From assembly GCA_035275265.1 (NCBI GenBank), contig DATENC010000029.1, positions 65,955 to 129,954 on the forward strand: DNA of 64,000 bases. The letters are read 5' to 3'. The notes beneath the pieces are model-generated. The model worked only from the letters and a program-made list of their open reading frames with translations, searched no databases and was not told the DNA's origin. A program made the position numbers and the translations under genes. Shown here in pieces: positions 8,922 through 20,652 of the stretch. This stretch comes from Burkholderiales bacterium (GTDB taxonomy: Bacteria; Pseudomonadota; Gammaproteobacteria; Burkholderiales; JACQAP01). Within the stretch, counting starts at the first letter, position 1. The number at the start of each line of letters is the position of its first letter.

Positions 8922-9608
8922 ATGCAACCGCAAATCCAGTACGGCGCACAGACCGGGCAGCTGGTAGAAAGCCAGAGCAAGGTCCTGCGCAACACCTACA
9001 TGTTGCTTTCACTGACTATGGTTCCGACTGTAATTGGGGCCCTGGTCGGAATGGCGACCGGCGGGATCATCATGCAACACCCGATCATGATGTCGCTGGT
9101 GATGATCGCGGGTGTCATCGGTTTGCAATTCGCCATCGCCGCAAATCGCAACAGCGGCCTTGGCGTGGTGCTGCTGCTCGGGATGACATTCATCCTCGGC
9201 TGGTGGCTCGGACCCCTGCTCAACATCGCGCTGTCGTTCAGGAATGGTCCGCAACTGATCGGCATGGCCGCCGCAGGCACCGGCGGCATTCTGCTGGTCA
9301 TGAGCGCAATTGCGACCACCACGAAAAAAGACTTCAGCTTTATGGGAAAATTCCTGTTCGTGGGCATGATCGTGCTGCTGCTCGCAATGATTGCCAACAT
9401 GTTCTTCCAGATTCCGGCGCTGGCTCTGACGATTTCTGCACTGGTCATCGTGGTGTTCTCGCTTTTCCTGTTGCACGACGTCAGCCGCATCGTCAATGGC
9501 GGCGAGACCAACTACATAATGGCGGCAACGGGCGTGTACATGAGCCTGTTCAACATATTCGCCAACTTGCTGCAATTGCTCATGGCATTTTCCGGCGAAC
9601 GCGACTGA
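8922..9608 (+). CDS. yccA: Bax inhibitor-1/YccA family membrane protein
   Basis: Seven predicted TM segments, and an N-terminus (VLRNTYMLLSLTM) typical of BI-1/YccA. AGGAGA lies upstream of the ATG. Confidence 0.9.
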   Translation: MQPQIQYGAQTGQLVESQSKVLRNTYMLLSLTMVPTVIGALVGMATGGIIMQHPIMMSLVMIAGVIGLQFAIAANRNSGLGVVLLLGMTFILGWWLGPLLNIALSFRNGPQLIGMAAAGTGGILLVMSAIATTTKKDFSFMGKFLFVGMIVLLLAMIANMFFQIPALALTISALVIVVFSLFLLHDVSRIVNGGETNYIMAATGVYMSLFNIFANLLQLLMAFSGERD

Positions 9609-9627
9609 TTCTGGAGCGCCGCAAGGA

Positions 9628-9660
9628 AGGGCAACCCATCGGGTTGCCCTTTTTCTTTCC
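9628..9660. terminator. bidirectional intrinsic terminator between yccA and rlmD
   Basis: Stem GGGCAACCC / GGGTTGCCC with loop ATC, followed by TTTTT. It sits between convergent genes. Confidence 0.65.
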
Positions 9661-9670
9661 GATTTCCGGT

Positions 9671-10984
9671 TCAATCCAACTCGAATTGAGCAACCGATTC
9701 CACGTGCGAGGTATGCGGGAACATGTTCACCACGCCTGCCGCAGCGAGGCGATAACCGCGTGAGTGCACCAGGACCGCCGCGTCGCGCGCCAGAGTGGCC
9801 GGATTGCAAGATACGTAGACGATGCGGGCAGGCGCCGATTCACCAATCGACTTTACCAACTCCATGGCTCCGTCACGTGGCGGATCTATCAAAGCCCGGT
9901 CAAATGGGGAGAGGCCGCCCCAATTGTTTCCACTGATCGCAAAAAGGTCGCGCTCGACGAACTGGCATCTTGCCTCCAGGCCATTGCGCGCGGCGTTTTC
10001 CCGGGCGCGCCGCAGGAGGCCGGCATTGCCCTCGACACCGGTAACGTGTGCTCCCGTCTTGGCGATTGCCAGCGAGAAATTTCCCAGGCCGCAGAAAAAA
10101 TCACCAATGCGATCACCCGGCTGCGGGTCCAGCAGCGTGATCGCTCGCCGCACCAGCATCCGGTTGACTGCATGATTCACCTGCGTGAAATCGGTTGGAT
10201 TGAATGGAAAAGTCAGATCGAAATCCGGAATCCGGTACTGCAGCGGTGGCGCATCCAACGGATGGAACGGATAGGTTGAGTCCGGACCCTGGGGTTGCAG
10301 GAAAAGCTGTACCCGATGCCGTGCAGCGAACTGCCTGAGCTTGTCCTGATCGGAGACATCGGGCGGCTCCAGCACACGTAACACCAGGACGTCCACTGCA
10401 TCTCCGATGGCAAGCTCCACCTGCGGCAGACGCTCGCGAATGGAAAGCGAGGCGATCAGATGCCGCAGCGGTACCAGCAATGCGGAGATGCGGGCTGGCA
10501 CCACCTCGCAGGTCTTCATGTCCGTAACGAAACTGCTGCGACGTTCGCGAAAGCCTACTAGCGTGCCTTTCCTGGTGACAAAACGCGCCGAAAAGCGTGC
10601 ACGGTAGCGATATTCCCAGGTAGGACCATGAATCGGAGAAAGCATGGTCTCGGCGGTCACTTTGCCGATACGAGCCAGACTTTCCTCGAGCACGCGCTGC
10701 TTCGCCGCCACCTGCGCACGCGGCTCCAAGTGCTGCATGCTGCAACCGCCACAGACGCCGAAAAAATTGCACCGGGGGACAACGCGAGAGGCCGACGCGC
10801 GTACGATTCTCGTAGCCTCGGCGAATTCATAGGTCGGCTTGCGCGTGTGGGATGCGAACTCGACCACTTCGCCGGGGAGCGCGCCCTCGATGAAGATCAC
10901 CTTGCCGTCCGTATGCGCTACGCCCCGCCCTTCCTGGTCGAGGGACTCGACCAGCACCGCAGGTCCGACTGACTCGCGTTTCAC
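9671..10984 (-). CDS. rlmD: 23S rRNA (uracil1939-C5)-methyltransferase RlmD
   Basis: An N-terminal TRAM-like domain, the Fe-S Cys cluster (CNFFGVCGGC), and the SAM-MTase motif DFFCGLGNF. I chose GTG at 10984, one nt after the upstream gene's TAG stop. The ORF-track start at 11068 would overlap that gene. Confidence 0.92.
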   Translation of the reverse strand: MKRESVGPAVLVESLDQEGRGVAHTDGKVIFIEGALPGEVVEFASHTRKPTYEFAEATRIVRASASRVVPRCNFFGVCGGCSMQHLEPRAQVAAKQRVLEESLARIGKVTAETMLSPIHGPTWEYRYRARFSARFVTRKGTLVGFRERRSSFVTDMKTCEVVPARISALLVPLRHLIASLSIRERLPQVELAIGDAVDVLVLRVLEPPDVSDQDKLRQFAARHRVQLFLQPQGPDSTYPFHPLDAPPLQYRIPDFDLTFPFNPTDFTQVNHAVNRMLVRRAITLLDPQPGDRIGDFFCGLGNFSLAIAKTGAHVTGVEGNAGLLRRARENAARNGLEARCQFVERDLFAISGNNWGGLSPFDRALIDPPRDGAMELVKSIGESAPARIVYVSCNPATLARDAAVLVHSRGYRLAAAGVVNMFPHTSHVESVAQFELD

Positions 10985-10985
10985 G

Positions 10986-11762
10986 CTACACCCGCCAGCT
11001 TTCCAGGAATTCGCGCCAGTGCGCTTCCGTGGATCTCGACAGTGTCGAGCGCACAAGATCGCACTCATGACGGTATTGCGTTTCGTCGAGCACCCCGCGT
11101 ATCAACTGGAAACGCTGGAAAACGAGGTAAGTGTTTGCGACGTCGGTTTCGCAGTAGTGCCTGATCGCCTCGATCCCGCCTGCTTGGTAGGCATCCCACA
11201 CTTTCGAGCCGTCCATGCCGAGTTTTCCGGGAAGGCCTAGCAGCTGTGCAATCTGGTCGAGCGGTGCATTGCCACGGCCCTGATACATCCCCAGCACGTC
11301 CATTAGGTCGAGATGGCGGCTGTGATAGCGGCTGATATAGTTGTTCCACTTGAAATCGCGGTCATCCTCGCCCATGTCCCAGAAGCGCGCGGCACGCACA
11401 CCGTGGATGAGTGCCCGGTAATTCAGTACCGGCAAATCGAAGCCGCTGCCGTTCCAGGACACCAACTGAGGGGTGTACTTCTCGACGCCATCGAAGAAAC
11501 GCCGGATCAATTCATGTTCCGGTTCGTCCGCTTCGCCCAACGACCAGACGCGGAAGGTGTCACGATCGCGCAACGCGCAGGATATCGCCACCACCCGATG
11601 CAGATGCAGCGGCAGGAAATCGCTGCCGGTCACTTCGCGTCTGCGATCGAATGCCGCCTGCGCCACTTCGGCATCGCTGTCTTGCGGACCATGGCCGTAC
11701 ATGCGCCGCAACCCCTCGATGTCGGGGATGGTTTCGATGTCAAACGCCAGAACAGGAGTCAT
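10986..11762 (-). CDS. predicted 3'-5' exonuclease (PolB-exonuclease-like, RNase H fold)
   Basis: It has the N-terminal FDIETIP acidic motif, the central SWNGSGFDLP, and C-terminal HYCETDV. Together these form the DEDD-like pattern of the PolB-exo-related family, recalled from memory. Confidence 0.85.
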   Translation of the reverse strand: MTPVLAFDIETIPDIEGLRRMYGHGPQDSDAEVAQAAFDRRREVTGSDFLPLHLHRVVAISCALRDRDTFRVWSLGEADEPEHELIRRFFDGVEKYTPQLVSWNGSGFDLPVLNYRALIHGVRAARFWDMGEDDRDFKWNNYISRYHSRHLDLMDVLGMYQGRGNAPLDQIAQLLGLPGKLGMDGSKVWDAYQAGGIEAIRHYCETDVANTYLVFQRFQLIRGVLDETQYRHECDLVRSTLSRSTEAHWREFLESWRV

Positions 11763-12020
11763 GCCGGCCGATCATAAGGGTCCCAAGGCTAATTGGCTTA
11801 CCGGAATCAACACCTCCCGGCTCCGCATGTCACAGAAACGGGTCAGGATACCGGAAAGCGCAGCAATCTCTCTACGTGCCACCTTTGAAGCAAGCGCGCG
11901 AACCGCCCGTCATCGTGGCCCGCCGCTGGCCAGCGCGGCGCCCGGACTGGAGTCGAACATCCGTGAAACTCAGGTGTTAGACTTGCTGTCACAACGAAAT
12001 CATCAGGCAGAGGAGAGCTC

Positions 12021-13913
12021 GTGAGGTCGCTGGCAGGCCAGGTTCCGGTATCGCACAACGTCGCGAATGGTCCTGACTACGTCAGGAACCGGAACCTGCT
12101 TGAATGGGTCGGCAAAATCGCCCAGCTCACCCGCCCGGACCGCATTCACTGGTGCGACGGCTCTCAGGCAGAGTACGACGCCTTGTGTCGCCAGTTGGTC
12201 GCCGCCGGCACATTTCAAAAACTCAATCCGAAAAAGCGTCCAAACAGCTATCTGGCGCTTTCCGATCCTTCAGATGTCGCCAGAGTCGAGGACCGCACGT
12301 TTATCTGCACCGCCCGCCGGGAAGGCGCCGGCCCGACCAACAACTGGATGGACCCTGGCGATATGAAGCAAAGGTTGCTCGCGCTATTTGACGGCAGCAT
12401 GCGCGGACGGACCCTCTATGTTGTGCCGTTCTCGATGGGTCCGCTCGGTTCACCGATCTCGCACATCGGCGTGCAGCTAACCGATTCCGCGTACGTGGCG
12501 GTCAGCATGCGCATCATGACTCGAATGGGCCGCGAAACGATCGAAGCCCTTGGGCCCGAGGGGAATTTCGTAGCATGCCTGCATTCCGTCGGCATGCCGC
12601 TTGCCGCAGGGCAGGAAGACGCTCGCTGGCCTTGCAACAAGGACCACAAGTACATCGTGCATTTTCCCGAGGAACAATCGATCGTGTCGTATGGCAGCGG
12701 CTACGGAGGCAATGCCCTGCTCGGCAAGAAGTGCTTCGCACTGCGCATTGCCTCGTTCATGGGCCGCAAACAGGGTTGGCTGGCCGAGCACATGCTGATC
12801 CTCGGGGTAGAGTCGCCCGAGGGCGAAAAGAGTTACGTGGCGGCGGCGTTTCCAAGCGCATGCGGCAAGACCAACTTCGCGATGATGATTCCTCCGGCGG
12901 CATTCAACGGCTGGAAAGTGACCACTGTGGGCGACGACATCGCCTGGATCAAGCCGGGCGCGGACGGAAGGCTGTATGCCATCAATCCAGAATACGGTTT
13001 CTTCGGGGTCGCGCCCGGCACGTCGGAGAAATCCAATCCGAATGCGATGACGACGCTGACCCGTAACTGCATCTTCACCAACGTGGCGATGACCCCGGAG
13101 GGCGACGTCTGGTGGGAGGGCATGACAGACGAGCCTCCGGCGCAATTGACAGACTGGCAGGGCCGTTCCTGGACGCCGGGGTGCGGACGCAAGGCCGCCC
13201 ATCCGAACGCGCGCTTCACCGTGCCGGCATCACAGTGTCCGTCGATGGATCCCGCGTGGGAGAATCCGGAAGGCGTGCCGATTTCCGCGTTCATCTTCGG
13301 CGGCCGCCGCGGCACTACCGTCCCGCTGATCACCGAAAGCTTCGATTGGACGGAAGGCGTATACATGGCCGCCACGCTCGGCTCGGAGACCACAGCGGCT
13401 GCCACCGCGAAGGTCGGCGAGGTGCGCCGTGATCCAATGGCCATGCTGCCGTTCTGCGGTTATCACATTGGTGATTACTTCGACCATTGGCTAGGATTCG
13501 GTCGCGCGCTGAAACATCCGCCCCGGATCTTCTGCGTCAACTGGTTCAGGAAGGACGGCAACGGCAGGTTTCTCTGGCCAGGATACGGCGAGAACATGCG
13601 GGTGTTGAACTGGATCGTAGGTCGTTGCCAGGGGCGAATCGGGGCGACCGAAAGCCCTCTGGGCTGGATGCCGCGCAGACAGGACCTGGTGTGGGACGGA
13701 CTGGGCATCTCGAACGAGGCATTCGGTGAATTGATGTCGCTGGACCGCGAAGCCTGGACCGAAGAGTTGCGACTGCACGAACAACTCTTCGACAACATAC
13801 AGGATCGCCTGCCGAAGGAACTCGCCGAGAAACGCGAATTGCTGCTTGCCCGCCTGCAGCGCGCTCCAGCGCGCTGGACCGTGCCGGCCCCCGCGTCGCA
13901 CTCCGGAACCTGA
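12021..13913 (+). CDS. pckG: phosphoenolpyruvate carboxykinase (GTP)
   Basis: The kinase-1a P-loop FPSACGKTN and full-length GTP-PEPCK collinearity. The GTG start is preceded by GAGGAG with a 5-nt spacer. Confidence 0.95.
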   Translation: MRSLAGQVPVSHNVANGPDYVRNRNLLEWVGKIAQLTRPDRIHWCDGSQAEYDALCRQLVAAGTFQKLNPKKRPNSYLALSDPSDVARVEDRTFICTARREGAGPTNNWMDPGDMKQRLLALFDGSMRGRTLYVVPFSMGPLGSPISHIGVQLTDSAYVAVSMRIMTRMGRETIEALGPEGNFVACLHSVGMPLAAGQEDARWPCNKDHKYIVHFPEEQSIVSYGSGYGGNALLGKKCFALRIASFMGRKQGWLAEHMLILGVESPEGEKSYVAAAFPSACGKTNFAMMIPPAAFNGWKVTTVGDDIAWIKPGADGRLYAINPEYGFFGVAPGTSEKSNPNAMTTLTRNCIFTNVAMTPEGDVWWEGMTDEPPAQLTDWQGRSWTPGCGRKAAHPNARFTVPASQCPSMDPAWENPEGVPISAFIFGGRRGTTVPLITESFDWTEGVYMAATLGSETTAAATAKVGEVRRDPMAMLPFCGYHIGDYFDHWLGFGRALKHPPRIFCVNWFRKDGNGRFLWPGYGENMRVLNWIVGRCQGRIGATESPLGWMPRRQDLVWDGLGISNEAFGELMSLDREAWTEELRLHEQLFDNIQDRLPKELAEKRELLLARLQRAPARWTVPAPASHSGT

Positions 13914-13919
13914 GGCGCC

Positions 13920-14831
13920 CTACTCGGTCGGGAACACGCCGGTCGAGAGGTAGCGGTCACCGCGATCGCAGACGACGGTCACGATGGTCGCATTCTGCAC
14001 TTCGCGGGATACCTGTAACGCAGCCCACAATGCGCCGCCCGAGGAAATCCCGGCGAATATCCCTTCCTCCCTTGCCAGCCGCCGCGTCATCTCTTCCGAG
14101 TCCGCCTGGCTGACTTCGATGACGCGGTCCACGCGATTGCGATCGTATATTTTCGGCAAGTAAGCCTCCGGCCACTTACGGATACCGGGAATCTGCGAAC
14201 CCTCGGTCGGCTGGCAGCCCACAATCAGGATCGCCGGATTCTTTTCCTTGAAGAAGCGCGAACAGCCCATGATCGTGCCGGTCGTGCCCATGCTGCTGAC
14301 GAAATGGGTGATCTGGCCGCGGGTGTCGCGCCAGATTTCCGGGCCCGTGGCCTCGTAGTGCGACAGCGGATTGTCGGGATTGGCGAATTGATCCAGGATC
14401 ACGCCTTCGCCGCGCACCTGCATCTGCTCGGCAACGTCGCGAGCCGTTTCCATCCCCCCTTCCCTCGGAGTCAGCACGAACCTGGCGCCAAACGCGGCCA
14501 TGGTCTGCCGCCGTTCCACCGAGAGATGCTCAGGCATGACCAAAACCATGCGGTAACCGCGCATCGCCGCAACCATTGCCAGCGCAATGCCAGTGTTGCC
14601 GCTGGTCGGTTCGATCAACGTGTCACCCGGCTTGATCTGCCCGCGTTCTTCCGCGCGCCGGATCATGGAAAGCGCGGGACGATCCTTAACCGATCCGGCG
14701 GGATTGTTGCCCTCGAGCTTTGCGAGCACGACGTTGCTGGTCTTGCCGGGGATGCGCTTCAGGCGTACCAGCGGCGTGTTGCCCACGAAGTCATCGAGGG
14801 TTTGATAGGTACTGACGGGATTGCGATCCAT
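13920..14831 (-). CDS. cysM: cysteine synthase (CysM/CysK family, CysM-like)
   Basis: The PLP-Lys motif PAGSVKDRPA and TSGNTGIA. Internal ATG at 14831 (MDRNPVSTYQ...). 303 aa. Confidence 0.9.
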   Translation of the reverse strand: MDRNPVSTYQTLDDFVGNTPLVRLKRIPGKTSNVVLAKLEGNNPAGSVKDRPALSMIRRAEERGQIKPGDTLIEPTSGNTGIALAMVAAMRGYRMVLVMPEHLSVERRQTMAAFGARFVLTPREGGMETARDVAEQMQVRGEGVILDQFANPDNPLSHYEATGPEIWRDTRGQITHFVSSMGTTGTIMGCSRFFKEKNPAILIVGCQPTEGSQIPGIRKWPEAYLPKIYDRNRVDRVIEVSQADSEEMTRRLAREEGIFAGISSGGALWAALQVSREVQNATIVTVVCDRGDRYLSTGVFPTE

Positions 14832-14892
14832 GGAAATATGATACTCGCGCGGCCGCGGTAGCGGAGAAGTCCGTGACGACCGCTTGATATCT

Positions 14893-15891
14893 CTAGCGCG
14901 CGGCGTCGAGCAACCACTCGACGTAGCGCGTGACACCCGTTTCGACGTCAAAAAACGGTGCGGCGTATCCGGAGCCGCGCAGTTGCGCGAGGTCCGCCTG
15001 GGTGTAGCTCTGGTATTTTTCCCTGAGGCCGGCGGGAAAGGATACGTACTCGATCATTCCCTGCGACCTGAGTTCTGCAAGACCGAGCGGGTCTTTGTTT
15101 TCAGCAAGACGCACCGCGTTGATGGTCGCGACCGCGACCTCGTTAAACGTCTGCGAAGCGCCGCTACCGCAATTGAAAATCCCCGTCTTTTTGGGGTGGT
15201 CGAGGAAGTACAGATTTATCTTCACCACGTCCTCGACCGAGATGAAATCGCGCCGCTGCTCGCCTGCCGCGTACCCGCCACTTCCCTCGAACAGTTTCAC
15301 CTTTCCGGTTTCCCGGAACTGGTTGAAGCAATGGAATGCGACGGAAGCCATGCGTTCCTTGTGCGCTTCCCGAGGGCCATAGACGTTGAAGTAGCGCAGC
15401 CCAACCACCTGCGCCGTATTGTCTTCCCAGCGCCGACGCACCATCTGGTCAAACAGAAACTTGGAATAGCCGTATACGTTCAGCGGCCTTTCATTTTCCT
15501 TGCCTTCCTTGAATACCGGTCCCAATCCGTAAACGGATGCCGACGAAGCATAAATCAGCGGCACGGATTCGGCGTGACAGTACGCGAGCAAGTCCGCCGA
15601 ATAACGGAAATTGTTCTCCATCATGTAGCGTCCGTCGGTCTGCATCGTGTCCGAACAAGCACCCTGATGCAGGATGGCCGCAATATCCCCGTCAAAGGAT
15701 CCGGCATCGAGCGCCGTACGGAAGTGCTCTTTGTCCAGGTAGTCGGCGATCTCGCAATCTACAAGGTTGCCGACCTTGTCAGCACGCGTGAGGTTGTCCA
15801 CCGCGAGAATGCCGGTCTCGCCGCGCGCGTTCAGCGCCTTGACAATATTCGAGCCGATAAAACCAGCTGCTCCAGTTACAACGATCTGCAT
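14893..15891 (-). CDS. hldD: ADP-L-glycero-D-manno-heptose 6-epimerase
   Basis: The Rossmann motif [11 protein letters not shown], the YGYSK catalytic motif, and a 332-aa length from the internal ATG at 15891. Confidence 0.95.
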   Translation of the reverse strand: MQIVVTGAAGFIGSNIVKALNARGETGILAVDNLTRADKVGNLVDCEIADYLDKEHFRTALDAGSFDGDIAAILHQGACSDTMQTDGRYMMENNFRYSADLLAYCHAESVPLIYASSASVYGLGPVFKEGKENERPLNVYGYSKFLFDQMVRRRWEDNTAQVVGLRYFNVYGPREAHKERMASVAFHCFNQFRETGKVKLFEGSGGYAAGEQRRDFISVEDVVKINLYFLDHPKKTGIFNCGSGASQTFNEVAVATINAVRLAENKDPLGLAELRSQGMIEYVSFPAGLREKYQSYTQADLAQLRGSGYAAPFFDVETGVTRYVEWLLDAAR

Positions 15892-16000
15892 GCAAACAAT
15901 CCCAATATGCCAAGGATGCGCCATGAAGAATGAGCAAGGCACTCCAAGAGTCCGGCGACGCCCGCGGAATCCACGCAGTTCATCCTTTTGTCCGTCGCCT

Positions 16001-16933
16001 TCATTCCTGGTCTTCGAATAATTCTTCCGGGTGTACCACCGCCGTTCCGAGCTTGCCCACGACGATTCCGGCGGCCCTGTTCGCGAACTGCACGGCCTCC
16101 GCGAATCCGGCGCCGGCCGCAAGCATCACGCCGAGAACGGCAATGACGGTATCTCCAGCGCCGCTTACATCGTACACTTCGCGCGCCAACGCAGGCACAT
16201 GCAGCCTCTGCTGATCGCGATACAGGCTCATACCTTCCTCGCTGCGGGTGACCAACAGCGCATCCAGCCCCAGGTCGCGACGCATTTTCTGCGCTCGTTC
16301 TGTGAGATCGTCTTCGCTTTTCCAGCGTCCCGCCACTTCGCGGAATTCTGAACGGTTGGGCGTGAGCAGCGTTGCACCGCGATAACGCGTGTAATCGTCA
16401 CCCTTCGGATCGACCAGCACCGGCTTTCCAGCGGCACGCGCCATTTCGATCATTCTCTCGATGTGCTTGAGCCCGCCTTTGCCATAATCGGAGAGGATCA
16501 CAACGTCCGCCTTCGGCAGCCGCGCCTCAAAATCGGCGAGCTTGGACATCAGCACTTCATGCCCGGGTTCGGTTTCGAAATCGACGCGCAGCAATTGCTG
16601 CTGGCGCCCTATGACGCGCAACTTGATTGTGGTAGCGAGCCCGGGATCGCGATGCATCTGCGCGGTAATGCCCTCGGACTCGAGCAGGCGTTGAAGACAT
16701 TCGCCGGCTTCGTCCTGGCCGACCACCGAAAGTAGCGACGCCTGCCCGCCGACTGCAACAATGTTGCGCGCAACGTTGGCTGCGCCGCCAAGGCGCTCTT
16801 CGGTGTGCCCCACTTTCACCACCGGCACCGGCGCCTCTGGTGAGATCCGGCTCACTTCTCCGAACCAGTAGCGGTCGAGCATCACATCCCCGACCACCAG
16901 TACCCGCGCTTTCGTTAACGCCTCTCGCCTCAC
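16001..16933 (-). CDS. hldA: D-glycero-beta-D-manno-heptose-7-phosphate kinase (RfaE domain I only)
   Basis: A PfkB-type sugar kinase ([20 protein letters not shown]) of 310 aa. It lacks the C-terminal adenylyltransferase domain. GTG start. Confidence 0.9.
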   Translation of the reverse strand: MRREALTKARVLVVGDVMLDRYWFGEVSRISPEAPVPVVKVGHTEERLGGAANVARNIVAVGGQASLLSVVGQDEAGECLQRLLESEGITAQMHRDPGLATTIKLRVIGRQQQLLRVDFETEPGHEVLMSKLADFEARLPKADVVILSDYGKGGLKHIERMIEMARAAGKPVLVDPKGDDYTRYRGATLLTPNRSEFREVAGRWKSEDDLTERAQKMRRDLGLDALLVTRSEEGMSLYRDQQRLHVPALAREVYDVSGAGDTVIAVLGVMLAAGAGFAEAVQFANRAAGIVVGKLGTAVVHPEELFEDQE

Positions 16934-16948
16934 GCCTCGCGCCTTCGT

Positions 16949-18271
16949 CTATGGTCTACCTACGGAGAAATACTCGAATCCCGCTTCCCGAATCAGGTCC
17001 GGATCGTACAGATTGCGTCCGTCAAAAATAATTGGGGCCTTGAGGCGCTGCTTCATGTCGTCGAAGTCAGGGCTGCGAAATTCCTTCCATTCGGTGACGA
17101 TGATCAGGGCGTCCGCACCATCGAGCGCCGCCGTCGTGGACGGCGCGAAATGAACTGCCGCTTCCTTTGTAAAGACCTTTTTCGCCTCCTTCAGCGCGAC
17201 CGGATCATAGACGCTAACGCTCGCGCCGCGGGCGAGCAGGCCATTGATCACCACGCGGCTTGGTGCTTCGCGCATATCATCGGTGTTCGGCTTGAAAGAC
17301 AGCCCCCACAGGGCGAATCTGCGGCCATCCAGATGTTCGCCGAAACGCAGGCGCACCTTCTCGAGAATGCGCTGCTTTTGCGTGCGGTTCACCTTTTCCA
17401 CCGCATCCACGATGGTCATTTGCATGCCGTACTCGCCGGCGGTGTGTTGCAGCGCCTGGATGTCCTTGGGGAAGCACGATCCCCCGTAGCCCACCCCGGC
17501 ATAGAGGAAGTGATAACCGATTCGCTGGTCGGAGCCGATCCCGTGGCGCACCGCCTCGATGTTTGCGCCGAGCTTTTCCGCAAGATTGGCCAACTCGTTC
17601 ATGAAGGAAATGCGGGTGGCGAGCATTGCGTTGGCAGCGTACTTGACCAGTTCCGCCGACCTCGGGTCCATGACCATTAGCCGGTCGTGATTGCGCAGGA
17701 TCGGTGCGTAAAGCTGTCGCATGATCTGCGTCGCGCGCTCTTCGCTACTGCCGACCACGATGCGGTCCGGACGCATGAAATCGCTGACTGCCGCACCTTC
17801 CTTGAGGAACTCGGGGTTGGACACCACTCCGAACGGTAGCTTGATGCCGCGGGTCTTCAATTCCTCCTCGATCACCGCACGAACTCTCTCCGCGGTACCC
17901 ACCGGTACCGTGGACTTGTTCACCACCACGCGGTAGCCGTCCATGAAGCGGCCGATGCTACGGGCGGCGCCAAGCACGTAGCTCAGGTCGGCCGAGCCGT
18001 CCTGGTCGGCCGGCGTGCCCACGGCAATGAACTGCAGGGTGCCGTGCGCGACGCTTTCGTTTACATCGGTGGTAAAGCGCAACCGACCGGCCGCGGCGTT
18101 GTGTCTGACCAGTTGCTCCAATCCAGGCTCGTAGATCGGAATGCCGCCGGCGTTGAGCGTCGCGACCTTGTGCTCGTCGAGGTCGAGACAGACTACGTCG
18201 TTGCCAAGATCGGCAAAACAGGCGCCCGACACGAGCCCGACGTATCCGCTGCCGATGATGGTGATCTTCAT
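16949..18271 (-). CDS. ugd: UDP-glucose 6-dehydrogenase
   Basis: [12 protein letters not shown] motif and the catalytic Cys motif GGSCFPKD. 440 aa. Confidence 0.93.
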   Translation of the reverse strand: MKITIIGSGYVGLVSGACFADLGNDVVCLDLDEHKVATLNAGGIPIYEPGLEQLVRHNAAAGRLRFTTDVNESVAHGTLQFIAVGTPADQDGSADLSYVLGAARSIGRFMDGYRVVVNKSTVPVGTAERVRAVIEEELKTRGIKLPFGVVSNPEFLKEGAAVSDFMRPDRIVVGSSEERATQIMRQLYAPILRNHDRLMVMDPRSAELVKYAANAMLATRISFMNELANLAEKLGANIEAVRHGIGSDQRIGYHFLYAGVGYGGSCFPKDIQALQHTAGEYGMQMTIVDAVEKVNRTQKQRILEKVRLRFGEHLDGRRFALWGLSFKPNTDDMREAPSRVVINGLLARGASVSVYDPVALKEAKKVFTKEAAVHFAPSTTAALDGADALIIVTEWKEFRSPDFDDMKQRLKAPIIFDGRNLYDPDLIREAGFEYFSVGRP

Positions 18272-18981
18272 TTGCCGTTCTCCACTGTGGCCGTTTCCGA
18301 GTTGATGCGTGTCAGCACTTCAAGCGGCTGCGCGGCCCGGGTCACAGGCCGCCCGATGACCAGATAACTCGAACCACCCTCGAGCGCCTGGCGCGGAGTC
18401 ATGACTCGCTTCTGGTCTCCCGCGGAGTCTTCAGGCAGGCGGATTCCTGGCGTAACGCGCAGGAATGCCTCGCCCAGTTGCTCGCGGATGGCGCCAGCTT
18501 CGTGTGCGGCACACACCGTCCCATCGAGGCCGCACGCTCTTGCCAGGGCGGCAAGACGCAGCGCCTGGTCGAGCGGCGTGGCATCGATCCCCACCTCGTG
18601 CAAATCCTTCTCCGCCATGCTGGTCAATACGGTCACGGCGACCAACCGCGGCCGCCCGGGCGCGGTCCCGACCGCATCGCGCGCCGCCTGCATCATCGCG
18701 CGCCCACCGAGCGCGTGCACGTTCAGCATCCATATGCCCAGACTGGCCGCCGCCTTGCATGCCTGCGCCACGGTGTTCGGAATGTCATGAAATTTCAGGT
18801 CGAGGAAGATATCGAAGCCGCGTTTCGCAAGCATTTCAACGAACTCCGGCCCTGCCGCAGTGAACAGCTCCTTGCCGACCTTCAGCCGGCAGGCGGAGGG
18901 CTCGAGGCGATCCACCAAAGTCGTTGCAGATCTCGCGTCCGGATAGTCGAGCGCGACGATGATCCGGGAACCGGTTGTCAC
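18268..18981 (-). CDS. pyrF: orotidine 5'-phosphate decarboxylase
   Basis: The IVALD and [10 protein letters not shown] motifs. The GTG start at 18981 overlaps the lapB stop (GTGA), and its own stop overlaps the ugd start (ATGA). Confidence 0.92.
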   Translation of the reverse strand: MTTGSRIIVALDYPDARSATTLVDRLEPSACRLKVGKELFTAAGPEFVEMLAKRGFDIFLDLKFHDIPNTVAQACKAAASLGIWMLNVHALGGRAMMQAARDAVGTAPGRPRLVAVTVLTSMAEKDLHEVGIDATPLDQALRLAALARACGLDGTVCAAHEAGAIREQLGEAFLRVTPGIRLPEDSAGDQKRVMTPRQALEGGSSYLVIGRPVTRAAQPLEVLTRINSETATVENGK

Positions 18982-20153
18982 GAAGCCAGCTCCCGCTCCT
19001 CGGTGCGTCTCGGTGAGTAAGTCTCCCAACCGTTGCAGGCCGGGCAGTGCCAGTAAAACTGTCGCGCCTTGAAACCGCAGGTATCACAGCGATAGAGCGC
19101 GAGACTTCGGGTGTGCTGGTGCACCAGATTCTTGATCAGCTGCAGATCCTGGCGGCGCTCGACGGGCACCTCCAGAAGTTGGGCTTCGAGCAGTTTGTCC
19201 AGCCCCAACAACGTGGGATTGCGCGCCAGTTCGTCGCGTACCAAGCGGTAAGCCGAATCCGCGCCGCGGTGCTCCAGCTCGCCCTGAAAGATGGCGTTGA
19301 GCATATCAAGAGAAGGGTAACTGCCAAGGTATCCGCGCAGCAATTGTAGTCCTTCGTCTTCCCGGCCTAGGCTGCGATAGGCAAGCAACAGCTTGTCGGC
19401 GACCAAAGAGAGATAAGCGGGATTCTGCCCCTCGATGCGTTTCCAGGCTTCGATCGCACGATCGTGACTATGCTGGCTCAGCTCGATGTCGCCCAGCAGG
19501 ATGTTTACGCGGGCGCACTTGCGGTTGACGTTGAGCGCCTCTCGCAGATATTCGCGCGCGGCGTCCCAGCGTGAATGGGTCATCTCCACGACCGCGAGCT
19601 CACAATAGAAATTGGCGATATCCACGGCGCTGGACTGGCCGACAACCGCATCCATCCTGCGCGACGCCTCGATCGCTTTTTTCCAGTCCTTCTCCTGCTC
19701 GAAGATCTCGAGCAGGAATTTCAATCCTTGCTGTTCGTACTGCGTGCCATGCAACTTTCCGAACAGTTCTTCGGCGCGATCCAACAAACCGGCTTTCAGA
19801 AAGTCCTGCGCCAGTTCGTAAAGCGCAGTGAGCTTCTGTTCCGGCGCCAGATCGGGCCTGCCGAGCAGGTTCTCGTGCATGCGGATCGCTCTCTCGACTT
19901 CGCCGCGCCGCCGGAACAGGCTGCCCAGCGCAAAATGCAGTTCGATGGTCTGCGGATCCACCTTCACGACTTCGATAAAGGCTTCGATCGCCTTGTCCGG
20001 CTGCTCGTTGAGAAGGAAGTTCAGGCCCTTGAAGTAGGAAAGGGGGAGCGCGCGCGATTCGGACACCAACTGCTTGATGTCAATCCGCGCCGCCATCCAG
20101 CCGAGCGCGAAGAACAGCGGAAATCCAAGCAGCCACCAGAGCTCAAATTCCAT
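18978..20153 (-). CDS. lapB: lipopolysaccharide assembly protein LapB (YciM)
   Basis: An N-terminal TM helix, TPR repeats and the C-terminal rubredoxin-like CDTCGF...CPACNGW. Internal ATG at 20153 ([10 protein letters not shown]...). Confidence 0.92.
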   Translation of the reverse strand: MEFELWWLLGFPLFFALGWMAARIDIKQLVSESRALPLSYFKGLNFLLNEQPDKAIEAFIEVVKVDPQTIELHFALGSLFRRRGEVERAIRMHENLLGRPDLAPEQKLTALYELAQDFLKAGLLDRAEELFGKLHGTQYEQQGLKFLLEIFEQEKDWKKAIEASRRMDAVVGQSSAVDIANFYCELAVVEMTHSRWDAAREYLREALNVNRKCARVNILLGDIELSQHSHDRAIEAWKRIEGQNPAYLSLVADKLLLAYRSLGREDEGLQLLRGYLGSYPSLDMLNAIFQGELEHRGADSAYRLVRDELARNPTLLGLDKLLEAQLLEVPVERRQDLQLIKNLVHQHTRSLALYRCDTCGFKARQFYWHCPACNGWETYSPRRTEERELAS

Positions 20154-20279
20154 GGTCCAGGTCAGCCCAAAGCGTCGATGCCGGTGATCGCGGACATCGG
20201 GGGTGCTGCACACTCGCTTGAAGGCGTATTGCGTCGCATGCAAGAGATAGGGGTCGGAAAACTGGGGGTCGGCATTCGG

Positions 20280-20552
20280 CTAACGGACGTCTTCTGGTGT
20301 AGCCGGCTTCGCCCGCGCCTCTTTGCGCAACTGGAGAATTTCGCGACGCTGCCTGTAGACATGAGTCAGACAGGCAATCACACCTGCCACCGCACCGACG
20401 GCGAAAAAAACCAGTACCACCATCGCCAACGGTGCTTCCCACTGGCTGCCAAGATAAAAACGCACCTTCACCGGGTCGGTGTTCTTCAGCGCAAACCCAA
20501 AGAGCAGCAGGAACAGAAAGATCCGCAAAGCCCAGGAGAAATAGCGCATCAA
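20280..20552 (-). CDS. lapA: lipopolysaccharide assembly protein LapA (YciS/DUF1049)
   Basis: A 90-aa two-TM protein immediately upstream of lapB, which is the usual gene order. Confidence 0.85.
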   Translation of the reverse strand: MMRYFSWALRIFLFLLLFGFALKNTDPVKVRFYLGSQWEAPLAMVVLVFFAVGAVAGVIACLTHVYRQRREILQLRKEARAKPATPEDVR

Positions 20553-20586
20553 CTGTCCCGGGAAAGCAGGTGGCGAGTGTCAGACG

Positions 20587-20618
20587 AAAAAAAACGGCAC
20601 GATCCTGCGACAATGCCG
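20587..20618 (-). terminator. possible intrinsic terminator downstream of ihfB
   Basis: On the minus strand, a short stem (CGGCA / TGCCG) is followed by a run of eight T. The stem is weak. Confidence 0.4.
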
Positions 20619-20652
20619 CTTGCCTCGTGGCGCAGGTCGAACACGCCGCCGC

